This document shows positions 62,510-64,000 of a stretch of 64,000 nucleotides of DNA, one piece after another. Positions within the stretch are counted from its first letter, which is position 1, and the number at the start of each line of letters is the position of its first letter. The DNA is taken from positions 16,584,637 to 16,648,636 of the forward strand of contig NC_081379.1 in NCBI RefSeq assembly GCF_030684315.1, given 5' to 3'. The DNA is from Stegostoma tigrinum (lineage: Eukaryota). The position numbers and the translations under genes were made by a program. The notes beneath the pieces are model-generated. The model was given only the letters and a program-made list of their open reading frames with translations, did no database searches and was not told the origin of the DNA.

Positions 62510-63572
62510 CTATCTGGCAGAAGGCTGAGAGTTGGGATAAAAGGCTGTTTTTCGGAATGGCAACTGGTGATGAGTGGTGTCCCACAGGGCTCAGTGTTGG
62601 GGCCGCAGCTGTTCACCATGTATATTAATGATCTGGATGAAGGGACCGGGGGCATTCTGGCGAAGTCTGCCGATGAGACGAAGATAGGTGGACAGGCATG
62701 TAGTACTGAGGAGGTGGGGAGGCTGCAGAAAGATTTAGACAGTTTAGGAGAGTGGTCCAGGAAATGGCTGATGAAATTCAATGTGAGGTTTAGCACTTTG
62801 GAAAAAAGAATACAGGCATGGACTATTTTCTGAATGGTGAGAAAATTCATAAAGCAGAAGTACAAAGGGATCTGAGAGTGTTGGTCCAGGATTCTCTAAA
62901 AGTTAACTTGCAGGTAGAGTCCGTAATTAAGAAAGCGAATGTAATGTTGTCGTTTATCTCAAGAGGGTTGGAATATAAAAGCAGTGATGTGCTTCTGAGG
63001 CTTTATAGGCCCCATTTAGAATACTGTGTCCAATTTTGGGCCCCACACCTCAGGAAGGACATACTGGCCCTGGAGCGTGTCCAGCGGAGATTCACATGGA
63101 TGATCCCTGGAATGGTAGGTTTAACATATGATGAACGGCTGAGGATCCTGGGATTGTACTCATTAGAGTTTAGAAGGTTGAGGGGAGATCTAATAGAAAC
63201 CTACAAGATAATGTATGGTTTAGAAGGGATGGACGCTAGGAAGTTGTTTCCGTTAGGCGGGGAGACTAGGACCCATGGGCACAGCCTTAAAATTAGAGGG
63301 GGTAAATTTAAAATGGAAACGAGATGACATTTCTTCCGCCAGAGAGTGGTGGCTTGTGGAATTCATTGCCACGGAGTGCAGTGGAGGCCGGGATGTTGGA
63401 TGCTTTCAAGGCAGAGATCGACAAATTCTTGATCTCACAAGGAATCAAGGGCTACGGGGAGAGAGTGCAGGGAAGTGGAGTTAAAATGCCCATCAGCCAT
63501 GATTTAAATGGCGGAGTGGACTTGATGGGCCAAATGGCCTTACTTCCACTCCTATGACTTATGGTCTTATGG
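62510..63572 (+). mobile_element. Relatively young CR1 LINE 3' portion (RT C-terminus plus 3' UTR)
   Basis: SGVPQGSVLGPQLFTMYINDLD, ADETK, RPHLEYCVQFWAPH, LEFRRLRGDLIETYK, and tail cttatggtcttatgg. Confidence 0.92.
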
Positions 63573-64000
63573 ACATTCTGCGATTGACTGGTGATCTTGT
63601 CGATTGGGAAATCCTAATATTTCAAGTTTGGTTCCCAGTTTGGTTCCTACTGAGGGAAACATAATTAAATAGTTTCCACCATTTTAGTTGAGAAAAATAA
63701 ATGCGTGCTGGATCTGTTTTCATCTACTTTTTAACTATTTGTAGGAAGACAAAGTGTTAATCGTAAATCTGTCTTAACTGTATGAAATAAAGTTGAACAG
63801 TTCACAATAGAAAACACATTGAAGTTTTTAATACACAGTTGAAACCTTGCTTACCTGCTTGCTTTTATCAGTGCTAAATGTAACTCTAACAGAGATGTAG
63901 ATGAAATCCAATGCAGCCAGCCTCAATCCTAATTTTTACACTAAACTTCAATCTACTTAAACCTAATTAAACCAAAACCTAAATTGAATGCATCCTTTGT

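Noticed and set aside
63855-63885. Possible 31-nt minus-strand micro-exon (ttag|...CAG|gtaagc)
   Set aside because: No partner exons or homology; such sites occur by chance.

Overview
Vertebrate genomic DNA, repeat-rich and AT-rich. The CR1 LINEs, HE1/V-SINE-like and SacSINE1/Deu-like SINEs and abundant Penelope-like elements point to a cartilaginous fish (shark). Three + strand genes can be reconstructed from splice sites. (1) The last four exons (5793-6049, 12389-12514, 14626-14767, 18527-18984) of a CARD8/NLRP1-type FIIND(ZU5-UPA)-CARD gene. Unusually, it ends in a putative C-terminal membrane anchor and has a non-canonical autoproteolysis site: His->Cys, and PL|SI instead of SF|SP. (2) An intronless acylphosphatase-1 gene in a CpG island (28100-28405). 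(3) A four-exon TMEM17 gene of the tmem17a type (33452-41442, 211 aa) that may share the ACYP1 promoter. A second CpG-rich promoter-like region near 49-50 kb probably starts an unidentified gene. The rest is mostly transposable-element debris: CR1, L2 and Tx1 LINEs; Penelope elements carrying minimal hammerhead-ribozyme motifs and fold-back hairpins; an internally deleted Gypsy LTR element with an inverted internal segment; and a 43-bp GC-rich minisatellite. The most interesting candidate system is the membrane-tethered, catalytically altered FIIND-CARD inflammasome-like protein. All homologies are from recalled reference sequences, not database searches.
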